This document shows positions 19,740 through 29,420 of a stretch of 50,374 nucleotides of DNA, piece after piece. Both the position numbers and the translations under genes were made by a program. The notes below the pieces were generated by a model, which was given only the letters and a program-made list of their open reading frames with translations, did no database searches and was not told the DNA's origin. Source of the DNA: Candidatus Bathyarchaeota archaeon (GTDB taxonomy: Archaea; Thermoproteota; Bathyarchaeia; Bathyarchaeales; SOJC01). Within the stretch, counting starts at the first letter, position 1. Each line of letters opens with the position of its first letter. The stretch covers positions 1 through 50,374 of the forward strand of contig SOJC01000077.1 in NCBI GenBank assembly GCA_004376645.1. Reading direction: 5' to 3'.

Positions 19740-19805
19740 AATACTGCTTTCTGTCGTTTCTGTTCTTAAGTCTTTTGGACTGCATATATCGATGTCGTAG
19801 TCTGA

Positions 19806-20315
19806 TTACGCAATATACTTTTCATTGGTAGCCTCAAAGTTCTTCACAATCTCCATTACTCGTTTTGGCCCTTTCAAGTTATCTAATGGAAGCCCATAAA
19901 GTAAAGACCAAGGACCTAACTTCGCAAATCGTGTCGCAGCATGATCTTGACCTAAACAATTTTTCGTTACCTTATACACCAGGGATCGCACTTCTGACTC
20001 TTGTATGTGTCCTAAGGCGTGTAAGTACTCATGAAGTAGCAATGTATAGATCAAAGCGTTCAACGATTTTTGAGATTTTGTAATAGCCGCTACTACCTGG
20101 GTAAGCGCGCGGTTCAAGACGATGTTGTTTGTTCCTAAGGGATGGTAAGCTCCGAGTCTGAGAGGGAAATCGTCAAGGAAGAGCATCATACCTTGCCGAT
20201 GCTGCTTCAGGACAGCTCTTACGTTATCCTTCACTATTTCCCAGATTTCATTATATCCTTGAGCGTCACTCAATCTCTTCTTGTTTTGTTCAATAATATC
20301 CATGATTCTCAGCAT
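19806..20315 (-). CDS. Putative minimal zincin metallopeptidase
   Basis: LLHEYLHALG HExxH motif with downstream Glu; GAYH...IVLN strand. Confidence 0.7.
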   Translation of the reverse strand: MLRIMDIIEQNKKRLSDAQGYNEIWEIVKDNVRAVLKQHRQGMMLFLDDFPLRLGAYHPLGTNNIVLNRALTQVVAAITKSQKSLNALIYTLLLHEYLHALGHIQESEVRSLVYKVTKNCLGQDHAATRFAKLGPWSLLYGLPLDNLKGPKRVMEIVKNFEATNEKYIA

Positions 20316-20372
20316 CGATTTCAGGGAATAATTATAGCTTTTCTTGATCTATTGCAAGCTGATTATCTTTCT

Positions 20373-20828
20373 TTAAGGTTTTGGTGAAAGAATCGCGAAG
20401 ACAGCAACAGCAACTAGTGCTAAACCCACTACGACAAAGAGAAGAACATATTCTTGGGGAAACCCTAAGATATAATGTTGCACGTCGTAGTTGAGAGTCA
20501 CTTGTTTGGCCTCCTCTGAGAATAGGTTTTCAAACTGCAATGTGTAGACACCTGATTCTAGAACTGTAAATTGAAAACTCTTTGAGCCCACGTTCTTGTA
20601 GCTTAGAATAGGGTTTTGATTAGCATCAAGAATGGAGAAATTTATGATACTCTCATGGCTCACTACTACAAATCTGCCTGAGACGCGGTCTCCTTCATTC
20701 AAATCCAAAGTCTTTACGACGCGATCCACCGCTTTGACTATGAAGTTCCCTGAATATGCTTGAGCAGGGCTTGTTAGCAAGCAGTTGAGTATCGAGAGAG
20801 CAATGAGAACTCTAATGAGATGTTTCAC
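20373..20828 (-). CDS. emp24/gp25L/p24 (GOLD domain)-like membrane protein
   Basis: Signal peptide; beta-rich domain with FQF...SGVYTLQFENLFSEEAKQVTLNY; single C-terminal TM. Confidence 0.72.
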   Translation of the reverse strand: MKHLIRVLIALSILNCLLTSPAQAYSGNFIVKAVDRVVKTLDLNEGDRVSGRFVVVSHESIINFSILDANQNPILSYKNVGSKSFQFTVLESGVYTLQFENLFSEEAKQVTLNYDVQHYILGFPQEYVLLFVVVGLALVAVAVFAILSPKP

Positions 20829-21089
20829 GCCGAGCTACCACTTCTTTGGTGAATGTCACGGAAGAAAAGTCTTACTTTCCTAGAATCAAGATTTTGATTA
20901 CACTTTTCGCTAGGACATGATAGGTTATCCAAAGCATGTCATGCACAAATCTCTGATTACATCCCTAGAAAATTCCATCAACCTCCGTTGGAATGCACAG
21001 CGTCACATTCCTGATTCAACAACAAGCTAGGCTTACCCTTCCACTTTAATAAGTGAGAACCTGTACTTCATTGAGTAAGGCCACTTAAG

Positions 21090-21791
21090 TTGAGGACACC
21101 ACAAGCTAGTACGAAATTGTGGAGACATCAATATTTATTGTTCAGGCTTGCTGCGATGGGAGCCTATCATAGAACCATCAAAGTTTCAACCCAATATTTG
21201 GCAGAAAGGATAGGAAGTTCCCAGCAAACAGCTTCCCGCCATTTGATTGAATTGGACCAATTGAACTGGATCAAACGGTTAATTACAAACGAAGGTTGCT
21301 TAATCGCACTTACAGACAGCGGAAAGGCGCAATTGAAAAATCTATATTCAAAACTCAAGATCGTCGTGGAAGCTGCACATCCTCTTTCAGTGACTCTTGA
21401 AGGCATAGTGTTTAGTGGTTTAGGTGAAGGCGCATACTATGTTAGACAAGATGGATACCGAAAACAATTCATCGAAAAACTCGGATTCGATCCCTATCCG
21501 GGCACCCTGAATATTAGACTTACAACGGATTACGATATCGCAGCTAGCAAAGAGCTAGAAAATTACCCAGCCATAGAAATCGAAGAATTCAAGGATGAAT
21601 CAAGGACTTTCGGTCATGTCAGATGCTACCCAGCACTTATAAACAACAAAGCTAGAGGTGCATTAATCGCCGCCTTCCGAACGCATTATGATTCTTCAGT
21701 ATTAGAGATCATCTCCCCTCATTTCCTACGCAGCCAACTCAAGATTAAAGATGGACAAAAAGTGAGGCTTGAGATTTTCACCATGCCATGA
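21090..21791 (+). CDS. ribK: CTP-dependent riboflavin kinase with N-terminal wHTH (RbkR type)
   Basis: SQQTASRHL HTH; SGLGEGAYY, PYPGTLN, RTHY, LEIIS kinase motifs. Confidence 0.93.
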   Translation: MRTPQASTKLWRHQYLLFRLAAMGAYHRTIKVSTQYLAERIGSSQQTASRHLIELDQLNWIKRLITNEGCLIALTDSGKAQLKNLYSKLKIVVEAAHPLSVTLEGIVFSGLGEGAYYVRQDGYRKQFIEKLGFDPYPGTLNIRLTTDYDIAASKELENYPAIEIEEFKDESRTFGHVRCYPALINNKARGALIAAFRTHYDSSVLEIISPHFLRSQLKIKDGQKVRLEIFTMP

Positions 21792-21817
21792 ATCAGCCTT
21801 CCAAGTGAGCAAGGCGT

Positions 21818-22291
21818 TCAGGGTTTCCGCTTATACAGTTCAACAATTTTCTTCTTGATCTCACTGCTACTATTGAGTTCATCTTCGCCAAACTGTCCGA
21901 TTCCCACAATCTTCATTTTTAATTTTCGCTCTGAGACAACTTTTCTCACGATTTCTTTGATACCCTTCTGATCATGTCCCAGAGCAATCACATCCGGGTT
22001 TATTCTCTCGATCACTTTATAGATGTCAAATTCTTCGTATCCTAGAACTGCTTCATCTACTACTTCCAAAGCTTCCACTAATGCTCGTCTTTGGTTCTCT
22101 GACATCACTGACCTCTCACCTTTCCTGTTTTCAACTGTCCTGTCTCTGGCAACAACAACGACGAGTTGCGCGTTTTCTCCACCAGCCCTTTTCGCTTCTT
22201 CCAAGAATTTAACATGTCCCAGGTGAAGTAAGTCAAAAACGCCTGCAGCTATAACTATAGGGCGCCTCTTCATTCTTTCTTTGTGGTCCAC
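21818..22291 (-). CDS. ribL: Archaeal FAD synthase (cytidylyltransferase family)
   Basis: GVFDLLHLGH, VVARD, LGHDQ, SSSEIK. Confidence 0.85.
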   Translation of the reverse strand: MDHKERMKRRPIVIAAGVFDLLHLGHVKFLEEAKRAGGENAQLVVVVARDRTVENRKGERSVMSENQRRALVEALEVVDEAVLGYEEFDIYKVIERINPDVIALGHDQKGIKEIVRKVVSERKLKMKIVGIGQFGEDELNSSSEIKKKIVELYKRKP

Positions 22292-22533
22292 TGGAACTTC
22301 ACCATCTTTAACAATCTTAATGCGTCAAGCAAACCTTCGCAGTAGGCTATCGAGACAAGGGCTGTCTCAAATCTTTTTTGGTCACAATAATACAACGTGT
22401 CCTCAAAATACCTCTTTGCATGATCTAAGATTTTCCCAGCCCCTACAGCAACACCATCCTTTGCCTGCTGTATTTGCTCGAAAGTATATTCCACACTACC
22501 GACATATCTCGCAACAAGATCTTCAATTGTCAC
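22270..22533 (-). CDS. DUF357 domain protein
   Basis: AKRYFED...ALVSIAYCEGLLDALR; downstream of dph5. Confidence 0.85.
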   Translation of the reverse strand: MTIEDLVARYVGSVEYTFEQIQQAKDGVAVGAGKILDHAKRYFEDTLYYCDQKRFETALVSIAYCEGLLDALRLLKMVKFQWTTKKE

Positions 22534-23333
22534 TTAACCCACCCCCCAATAATATCAGGTGCATGCGCTAGCGTGACTAGTGCTTCTGCTTCCACAAAAT
22601 GAAGCTTTCCTGGAAAGATTAGTATGTGCGGTGGTCCTCCAAACTTGAACTCTAGAACCTCGTTGAACAAACCAGCTTTCACAGTGGGATTTTTTGAGCC
22701 GGCTCTTGCTATGCCTACGACCAACGTTTTGTCAGTAATCACTGATTCATGTTTAGCGTCCTCAATCGAAAAAAGCATTTGAAGCGCCGTATGCACGTGC
22801 ATATACTGGTCTTCTTCTACTTTGAGATCCAAGAAACAGAGAGTGTGGAGCCCAGCTCTCATATTCATCTTTATGACGTTGTATGGTGTTTCTGAAACAG
22901 GACAGTTTCCGTTGAATGGTACTGTCACGCTTCTTCCAAACTTATAGTTCTGCAGACCTGATAATGCAATTGCTGCAGATGTTATTGACGCCCCGTGGAT
23001 TACACGTGTTCTTATACCATTTCGCTCCGCTCGTATCCTCAAATCTACATGTGTTGTAGCTATCATGGGATCTCCTGGCACTAGGAACACGGTCTTACCT
23101 TTCTTTGCTTCAGTGAGAATTTGCTCTCCATCTTGCTCCTCTAAGTTTTGTCTTGTTAGAAGAACGATTTTGTCTTTGATTAGGAGTTCCAAGTTTTTAA
23201 TTCTTAACCCAATCATTAGACTTGTATACAACTCTGCGAAAACTGAATCTGCGCTTCTCGCCTCTTCTAGACCTCGTAGAGAGATATCATTCTCGTCGAA
23301 CAAACCTAAACCGATAAAAACGAGTTCGCCCAC
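22530..23333 (-). CDS. dph5: Diphthine synthase
   Basis: FIGLGL, ELYTS, GDPMIATTH, GLQNYKFG, GLHTLCFLD. Confidence 0.96.
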   Translation of the reverse strand: MGELVFIGLGLFDENDISLRGLEEARSADSVFAELYTSLMIGLRIKNLELLIKDKIVLLTRQNLEEQDGEQILTEAKKGKTVFLVPGDPMIATTHVDLRIRAERNGIRTRVIHGASITSAAIALSGLQNYKFGRSVTVPFNGNCPVSETPYNVIKMNMRAGLHTLCFLDLKVEEDQYMHVHTALQMLFSIEDAKHESVITDKTLVVGIARAGSKNPTVKAGLFNEVLEFKFGGPPHILIFPGKLHFVEAEALVTLAHAPDIIGGWVK

Positions 23334-23416
23334 TCAGATCACCACGTGTCTACGTAATTCAGCGAAAAATATTAGGTTACCTATACTGAAAAGAGAAGTC
23401 AAGGATTAGGTTGTTG

Positions 23417-23493
23417 GGGCCCGTAGCTCAGCAAGGCAGAGCAGCGGACTCTTAATCCGTAGGTCGCGGGTTCAATTCCCGTCGGGCCCGCCA
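23417..23493 (+). tRNA. tRNA-Lys(CTT), intronless, CCA encoded
   Basis: Acceptor GGGCCCG/CGGGCCC, anticodon arm GCGGA-CTCTTAA-TCCGT, T-loop TTCAATT, 3' GCCA. Confidence 0.97.
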
Positions 23494-23556
23494 CATCCTT
23501 CAGCTATAGTCTCCAACTCGTAAACAGATATAGCTGCATCGTTCCTTCCGAAGAGT

Positions 23557-23742
23557 CTATTTTCTGGCCTTGATCTCCTTCTTTAGCTTCTCCATTTCCT
23601 GTCTAAGATTCAAGACTTCGAAGAATAAGTACAAAGATCCGTGCTTCACAAATTGCTCTACTTTCTCAGTTGTTGGTTTCTCTCCTATTTTGTCTCCTAC
23701 TGTCTCCACAACTTCCTTAACAAAGAGTTCTTTTTGGCTCAT
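23557..23742 (-). CDS. Small hypothetical protein with C-terminal coiled coil
   Basis: MSQKELFVKEVVE...LRQEMEKLKKEIKARK; ATG 23742 preferred over 23796. Confidence 0.55.
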   Translation of the reverse strand: MSQKELFVKEVVETVGDKIGEKPTTEKVEQFVKHGSLYLFFEVLNLRQEMEKLKKEIKARK

Positions 23743-23923
23743 CGCAAATCCAAAGATAGAGAAAGGGTGGTTTGTGATAAAAGTTATGAACTTCAAAACA
23801 GGATTCTACGTAAACTGTCGAGTAGCAACATATAGTCTGTAGTTCACTCAGAGATCCACTGACAACAAAGATACTGCATTAAATTCAACCTCTGTCGAGC
23901 CTAACAAGATTACAGTATTGGGA

Positions 23924-24352
23924 TCATTCACTACTATCAACAATGAGTTCTATGAGTATCTTCCGTGAACTCTTCAGCTCCTTCAACATTCGCTCTGAGA
24001 AATCACTCGCTGTTTTATCCGCTTTTATTCCAAGTGTTCTCCTACAGACAAAGTTGCTTTTTCGTATTACTAGATCTGTTGGATGACTGAGAGTAATGTT
24101 TGGGCTACCCCATGCTTGAATCACTTCTTCTTCGTTGCCAACTCGGAATATTACGGTTAATTTCGCCCTTGCATTCCGCAAAGCCCTTTTGAACGTTTCA
24201 TTCAAGCTTGGACCGCTCTTATCCGCCGCTACAACAACTATGCAGTCACCTCTCTCAGTCAAACGGGGTTCCTTTGTTATTTCAAAGGTCTTCTTATTTG
24301 TGGCAAGTATGTTTCTGTGACCGTGCGCGGTCACCTCTTCAACCACCCTCAA
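23924..24352 (-). CDS. DUF371 domain protein
   Basis: AHGHRNILA, FEITKE, LTERGDCI, VIRKS...RTL. Confidence 0.88.
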   Translation of the reverse strand: MRVVEEVTAHGHRNILATNKKTFEITKEPRLTERGDCIVVVAADKSGPSLNETFKRALRNARAKLTVIFRVGNEEEVIQAWGSPNITLSHPTDLVIRKSNFVCRRTLGIKADKTASDFSERMLKELKSSRKILIELIVDSSE

Positions 24353-24400
24353 TGCCTCCCCCTCTCAGACATAGACGAACCACCCAACATTATGATAATT

Positions 24401-25354
24401 TCATTCAAGCACGTCTATTGAATCAACTTTGCCATCGCCAACCAAGTCAAATCCTTGTATAACCGTGGCGAAATTATCTTCGCCTTGATAGTTTTTCAGA
24501 AGCTTCTTCCAATATTTGACGAACGCTAAAACGCACGCCTTTGTCCCTACAGCTTTGTTTCCAGCGAAAACGATGGTTCTTTTCTCTTTATCCCACGGAT
24601 TCACTATCTTCGCTACTAGACCCATCGTATCAGCAGTGTAGATGTTTCCAGTTTTTTCAGATACCAAACCACCGAAGATGAAACCGTGTTCTGAGGGTGT
24701 CATGTTGAAATTAATTGGTAAGTATTTGTTAATCTCTTGTGTAAGCAGGTTCGTCCCTGGACCGCCTACCAATATCAGATTATTCTTCTCTTCTTTCTCA
24801 GCTTTCATATCTACATCAAGTTTTATGATGAAGTCATCCGGAAGCTTTGAGTACTGTCCTAGATAAAATGTTAGATAAGCTGCGTAATGACCATCACGAG
24901 CACTTGTTTTGAATGGCCCATGAGGATCTGGGCTTCCCACTACTATCGTGCCTTCGAATGCATCATCGTCGAGAATTGGGTGTAGAAATTGCAAGACTTT
25001 CTTTGATGTTAAGGTCGAAGGAACACGGCTTCGCCTTCCTCCGAATGGTAACTCAACTCCAAAAGCTGGAAAACTTGCTCTGTAAAACTTTGCCATCGCC
25101 CCTTTTCTTTCTTCTTCTTTAACTTTTGTTATTGCTTTTGCTTGTACGAGTTTCCTTATGTGATAATAGACTTTTTGCTCATGTATACCAAGCCTTCTAG
25201 CGATCTCCATGGGATACATTGCTTTCTCGCTGAGCATGTGAAGAATTTCCCAAGATAGCTTATTGAGGATCAACTTCAGCTTTCGGGGATCATTGTAGAT
25301 GCAAATTTCTTTTCCTTCTTGCTGTTCCTTGGAAAATAACAGTTTTTGCTTCAT
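24401..25354 (-). CDS. ArsR-like wHTH transcriptional regulator with C-terminal alpha/beta domain
   Basis: YPMEIARRLGIHEQKVYYHIRKL HTH; IVVGSPDPHGP and NLILVGGPGTN motifs. Confidence 0.8.
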   Translation of the reverse strand: MKQKLLFSKEQQEGKEICIYNDPRKLKLILNKLSWEILHMLSEKAMYPMEIARRLGIHEQKVYYHIRKLVQAKAITKVKEEERKGAMAKFYRASFPAFGVELPFGGRRSRVPSTLTSKKVLQFLHPILDDDAFEGTIVVGSPDPHGPFKTSARDGHYAAYLTFYLGQYSKLPDDFIIKLDVDMKAEKEEKNNLILVGGPGTNLLTQEINKYLPINFNMTPSEHGFIFGGLVSEKTGNIYTADTMGLVAKIVNPWDKEKRTIVFAGNKAVGTKACVLAFVKYWKKLLKNYQGEDNFATVIQGFDLVGDGKVDSIDVLE

Positions 25355-25584
25355 GAGGACTCATGGGAGCATAAGCTACTCCCCTTTATAAAAATTTTTT
25401 TAGTAGTCCATGCATAACACGGCTTGACAAAGATCACAGAGGGTAATGGTAGGCTTAAAGGTCAAAATTCGCTATTAAATTTCTTTTAAACCTAAAAGCT
25501 ACTTCCTAAAAATGCTTAAAAATAGCGGTTCCTAGATTAGCTATTGAATCTCGTAGTCAACAAATTGTAATGGAATTAACGTAA

Positions 25585-27441
25585 ATGTGCGGAATATTCG
25601 GTTGTATTCTGAAAGAGGGTCAAGCAGCACCTATAATTCACGCAGCGTTGAAAAGGCTTGAATATCGAGGCTATGATTCCGTGGGTGAGGCCACATTAGA
25701 CGAGGGGAAACTATACGTGAAAAAAGACGCTGGAAAGATCGATGAAGTCCATATGCGCCGTAATCTTGATGATTTGCCAGGACGTATAGGCATTGGACAC
25801 ACTAGATGGGCTACACACGGGGCGCCTTTTCAAGTCAATGCCCATCCTCACTTTGACTGTTCAGATCCGCCTAAGATTGCCGTCGTTCACAATGGCATTA
25901 TCGAAAACTTCGCGGAACTCAGAAGGGAGTTGGAAGATGCAGGACACGTCTTTAGGTCAAAGACAGATACAGAGGTAATACCTCATTTAATCGAGGAGTA
26001 TCTGAACAGTAAACAGTTCGCGACTAAAGGCAATGTTGATTCAGAATTTATCAATGCTACTATCGCTGCTATTGGGCGTCTCCAAGGTTCTTATGCTCTT
26101 GCAGTAGTCTCAACGTCGGACCCTGACATGATACTATGCGCGCGAAATGAAAGCCCTCTTGTTTTAGGTATCGCTGACAATGCTTGGTATTTTGCGTCTG
26201 ATATTCCAGCGTTTCTGCCTTTAACAAATAAGATTATCTTTGTGGAAAATGGAGAACTGGTAGTTCTAAGAGAGAATTTGCTTGAAATTAGAAAGGTAGC
26301 TGATGGGAGTCTGGTAAGTCGCGAGACGAAGCTCGTCGATTGGCCCCCTGAGATGGTGGAGAAACAAGGTTATCCTCACTTCATGTTGAAGGAAATCCAT
26401 GAACAACCACGTTGCTTGCGGAACACTTTACGGCTACAAGAAAAATATCTGGAACTCCTTCCCACCTTTCTGGATAGAGCTCGAGAAGTCATTATGGTAG
26501 CTTGCGGAACTTCCTATCATGCTTGCCTTGCAGCGTCATACATGTTCTCGAAACTGTCTTTCTTAGCCACTCACCCAGTAATAGCCTCCGAATTCACCGA
26601 GCAACATGGCAAATCAGTCAGCATTGACAGTACAATCCTTGCTGTTAGTCAATCAGGAGAGACTGCGGACACGTTGGCCGCAGTTGAGACTGCTCGGCAG
26701 CGGGCTGCCACAATTCTAGGGTTGACCAATGTTGTAGGTTCCACTTTAACTCGCATATCTAGAGTTTACGTTGGTCAACAATCAGGTCCAGAAATCGGTG
26801 TTGCAGCTACTAAGACATTCACTTCCCAACTCTCTGTTCTCTCACAATTAGCAATACGGTTAGCGAAGAAACGAGGTAAGGTCTCGCAAGAAGAGATAGA
26901 CCTCCTAGAAGAGAAGATCGAGGAAATCCCAGATATTGTCGAAAACATAGTAGAGACCCAAGAGGAAAAAGTCAGGACGTTAGCCAGAAAGTACAAAGGA
27001 AAGCAGTGTTTCTTCTTCTTGGGCAGGGGAATTAGTTACGCAACTGCGTTAGAAGGTCGTCTGAAGCTTATGGAAGTCGCTTATGTTCCTTCCATTGCTT
27101 TCCCTGCAGGTGAAAGCAAACATGGACCTATCAGCCTCATAACTCAAGGATTCCCAGTGATTTTTGTGTGTCCTCCAGATGAAACTAGAAGGACTGTTAT
27201 TGGGAATATCATGGAGATGAAGGCTCGCGGAGCTTCTATTATCGCAATTTGCGAGAAAGGCGATGAGGACATAATAAAGTTGGTTGATGATTACGTGGAG
27301 ATTAAGGAAGGGATTCCAGGGGTTCTTTCACCGATACCTTATGTAGTGCCTCTCCAACTCTTCGCATACTACATGGCCATTGAAAGAGGTTGCGATCCTG
27401 ATATGCCTAGGAACCTAGCGAAGTCAGTGACAGTAAAATAG
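25585..27441 (+). CDS. glmS: Glutamine-fructose-6-phosphate transaminase
   Basis: MCGI, LEYRGYDS, GHTRWATHG, SQSGET, PRNLAKSVTV. Confidence 0.98.
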   Translation: MCGIFGCILKEGQAAPIIHAALKRLEYRGYDSVGEATLDEGKLYVKKDAGKIDEVHMRRNLDDLPGRIGIGHTRWATHGAPFQVNAHPHFDCSDPPKIAVVHNGIIENFAELRRELEDAGHVFRSKTDTEVIPHLIEEYLNSKQFATKGNVDSEFINATIAAIGRLQGSYALAVVSTSDPDMILCARNESPLVLGIADNAWYFASDIPAFLPLTNKIIFVENGELVVLRENLLEIRKVADGSLVSRETKLVDWPPEMVEKQGYPHFMLKEIHEQPRCLRNTLRLQEKYLELLPTFLDRAREVIMVACGTSYHACLAASYMFSKLSFLATHPVIASEFTEQHGKSVSIDSTILAVSQSGETADTLAAVETARQRAATILGLTNVVGSTLTRISRVYVGQQSGPEIGVAATKTFTSQLSVLSQLAIRLAKKRGKVSQEEIDLLEEKIEEIPDIVENIVETQEEKVRTLARKYKGKQCFFFLGRGISYATALEGRLKLMEVAYVPSIAFPAGESKHGPISLITQGFPVIFVCPPDETRRTVIGNIMEMKARGASIIAICEKGDEDIIKLVDDYVEIKEGIPGVLSPIPYVVPLQLFAYYMAIERGCDPDMPRNLAKSVTVK

Positions 27442-27498
27442 TGCACTGCCGTAAGTCGCAAATTCTTAAGGAACCTCGTCAGTATTCTAGGATGGAAG

Positions 27499-28191
27499 GT
27501 GACAGAGATTAGAGAAGGCTCGGATGGTTGGGATCAACTAGTTGAAAATCTTGTCAATGGAGGAGTTCTCCGTTCCCCAAGAGTCATCCGAGCAATGAAA
27601 CAAGCGCCTCGTTACTGCTTTTTGCCAGAACGATCAATTGAGTATGCCTCCATGGATACACCGCTCCCAATTGGCAGGGGACAGACGGTTAGTGCCCCTC
27701 ACATGGTAGCGATTATGAACGAAGCATTGGAGTTGAGAGTAGGTCATCGCGTTTTAGAGGTAGGAGCTGGCTGCGGTTGGCACGCAGCGACCATCGCAAG
27801 AGTTGTGGCCCCAGAAGAAACTCCTAGAACAGAACGAGGGCATGTCTTCACTGTTGAGATCGTTCCTGAATTGGCAAAGATGGCCAGGGGGAATATACTA
27901 CGTCTCGGTTTTGGGGATAGAGTGACAGTGATCCATGGAGATGGTTCTTTGGGTCTTCCTGACAGTAGCCCTTATGACCGCATTTTGGTTACAGCAGCTG
28001 CCCCAGAAGTCCCCCCTCCCTTAGTTAAGCAGCTTAAATCGGGAGGGATTCTGATTATTCCTATTGGAGGAGTGCACCTATTTCAGTCTTTGACTCGTCT
28101 TCGCAAAGAATCTAATGGTTCAACAATCGAGGAAAAACTAGGCGGGGTAGCCTTTGTTCCGCTGGTTGGAAGCTTCGGACATAGAATCTGA
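27499..28191 (+). CDS. pcm: Protein-L-isoaspartate O-methyltransferase
   Basis: GQTVSAPHMVA, VLEVGAGCG, PYDRILVTAA, VAFVPL. Confidence 0.95.
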   Translation: MTEIREGSDGWDQLVENLVNGGVLRSPRVIRAMKQAPRYCFLPERSIEYASMDTPLPIGRGQTVSAPHMVAIMNEALELRVGHRVLEVGAGCGWHAATIARVVAPEETPRTERGHVFTVEIVPELAKMARGNILRLGFGDRVTVIHGDGSLGLPDSSPYDRILVTAAAPEVPPPLVKQLKSGGILIIPIGGVHLFQSLTRLRKESNGSTIEEKLGGVAFVPLVGSFGHRI

Positions 28192-28199
28192 GCCTTCTA

Positions 28200-29234
28200 C
28201 TAAAAGAAAGTATCGAGAGTAGTTCTAGTCTTTTCCTCTCTCATTCCCCGTCTCATCCTTTCTAAGGCTCTTCTAACTCTGTTTTCTGAAAAGTCGCGCT
28301 CTCTACACAAAAAATCAACGACGCCTTCTGCATCGGGTTCCTGCCATTCCAAAACATAATTATCTCTTACATTTGGGTTTAGAAACAAATCTCGTATCTG
28401 CTGTAGATCGACTGGAAAAGAATTTTCTCCCAAAAAGCCTTCTGCAATCTTGTCAATGGTACCATACTCTTTGATGAGCCTGAGAGCTGTTTTTGGACCT
28501 ATACCTTTTACACCCTCAGGGTTGTAGTCTGTTCCAATAAGTATCCCTACATCCACCAGTTGCTCATAGGAAATGCCAAGCTCTCTTAAAATTGTGTCAA
28601 GTTTAACGACTTCAGGAACAACTTCTACATACACTGGTTTTCTAGGGAGTTTGCGTCTCCCACTTATGGTGACATTCCGAATAAGAGTTGGTGCACCAAA
28701 GAGTATGGAGTCATAGTCTTGACTCGCGCAGAAATCCGTGTCTCCCCTTTCTGTCATGTAAGCAGCTTGTGCTTCTCCTTCTCCAAGGGCTTGAACCCAT
28801 GGAATCCCCATAAGTGTCAATAGTCTCTTGCAGTCTTGCGCCATGTAATTCTTGAGTTGAGATGTAGCTTGGGCATACGTGCGGGCTTCCTCTGTTTTGC
28901 CTTCTGCTATGGCTTTTTCATATTTGACGACAGCGTCTTGCTTCGTCTTCATTCGTCTTTTAATCTCGATTTCCTTTAAGGCTGGTGGAGCGCCATCAAA
29001 TACGTAGGATACTCTGATGCCCATTTCAACAAGGTTCGAGGTTCGATACAGGACACCACTAAGGTGACTTGTGACTCGACCTTCACAATCCTTCAATGGA
29101 GTACCATTAGGTTGACGAATAATTGCCAGAAACTGGTAGAGAGCGTTGTATGCATCGACTGCTATTGATTTTCCAGCAAGATCTTGGAGGTTAACTTGGA
29201 TTTTCGGCACTAAATCCTTGAAGTTAATTCCCAA
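28200..29234 (-). CDS. fen: Flap endonuclease 1
   Basis: DAYNALYQFL, TSHL, EGEAQAA, SQDYD, GTDYN, GIGPKTA, PIP-box-like TTLDTFF. Confidence 0.97.
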   Translation of the reverse strand: MGINFKDLVPKIQVNLQDLAGKSIAVDAYNALYQFLAIIRQPNGTPLKDCEGRVTSHLSGVLYRTSNLVEMGIRVSYVFDGAPPALKEIEIKRRMKTKQDAVVKYEKAIAEGKTEEARTYAQATSQLKNYMAQDCKRLLTLMGIPWVQALGEGEAQAAYMTERGDTDFCASQDYDSILFGAPTLIRNVTISGRRKLPRKPVYVEVVPEVVKLDTILRELGISYEQLVDVGILIGTDYNPEGVKGIGPKTALRLIKEYGTIDKIAEGFLGENSFPVDLQQIRDLFLNPNVRDNYVLEWQEPDAEGVVDFLCRERDFSENRVRRALERMRRGMREEKTRTTLDTFF

Positions 29235-29420
29235 GATCTACCCACCAGCTATATGAACGTCGTAGAAGCAAAATAAACGTTACCTTGCTCTTAGTCGCGC
29301 ATGAAGAACCCGTCACGTCGGGTTAAATCGGAGATATGATAACATACGAAAAGGTTTTTAGTCAAGCCCACTGTTTCTTGTCAAATATATGAGCAATGTT
29401 TGCATGAGGTGAAAATACGT

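Noticed and set aside
23417..23923. tRNA-Lys as an integration site for a mobile element
   Set aside because: I saw no duplicated tRNA 3' end and no integrase; the flanking genes are housekeeping.
25355..25584. glmS ribozyme upstream of glmS
   Set aside because: The region is AT-rich and promoter-like, with no recognisable ribozyme core; that element is bacterial.
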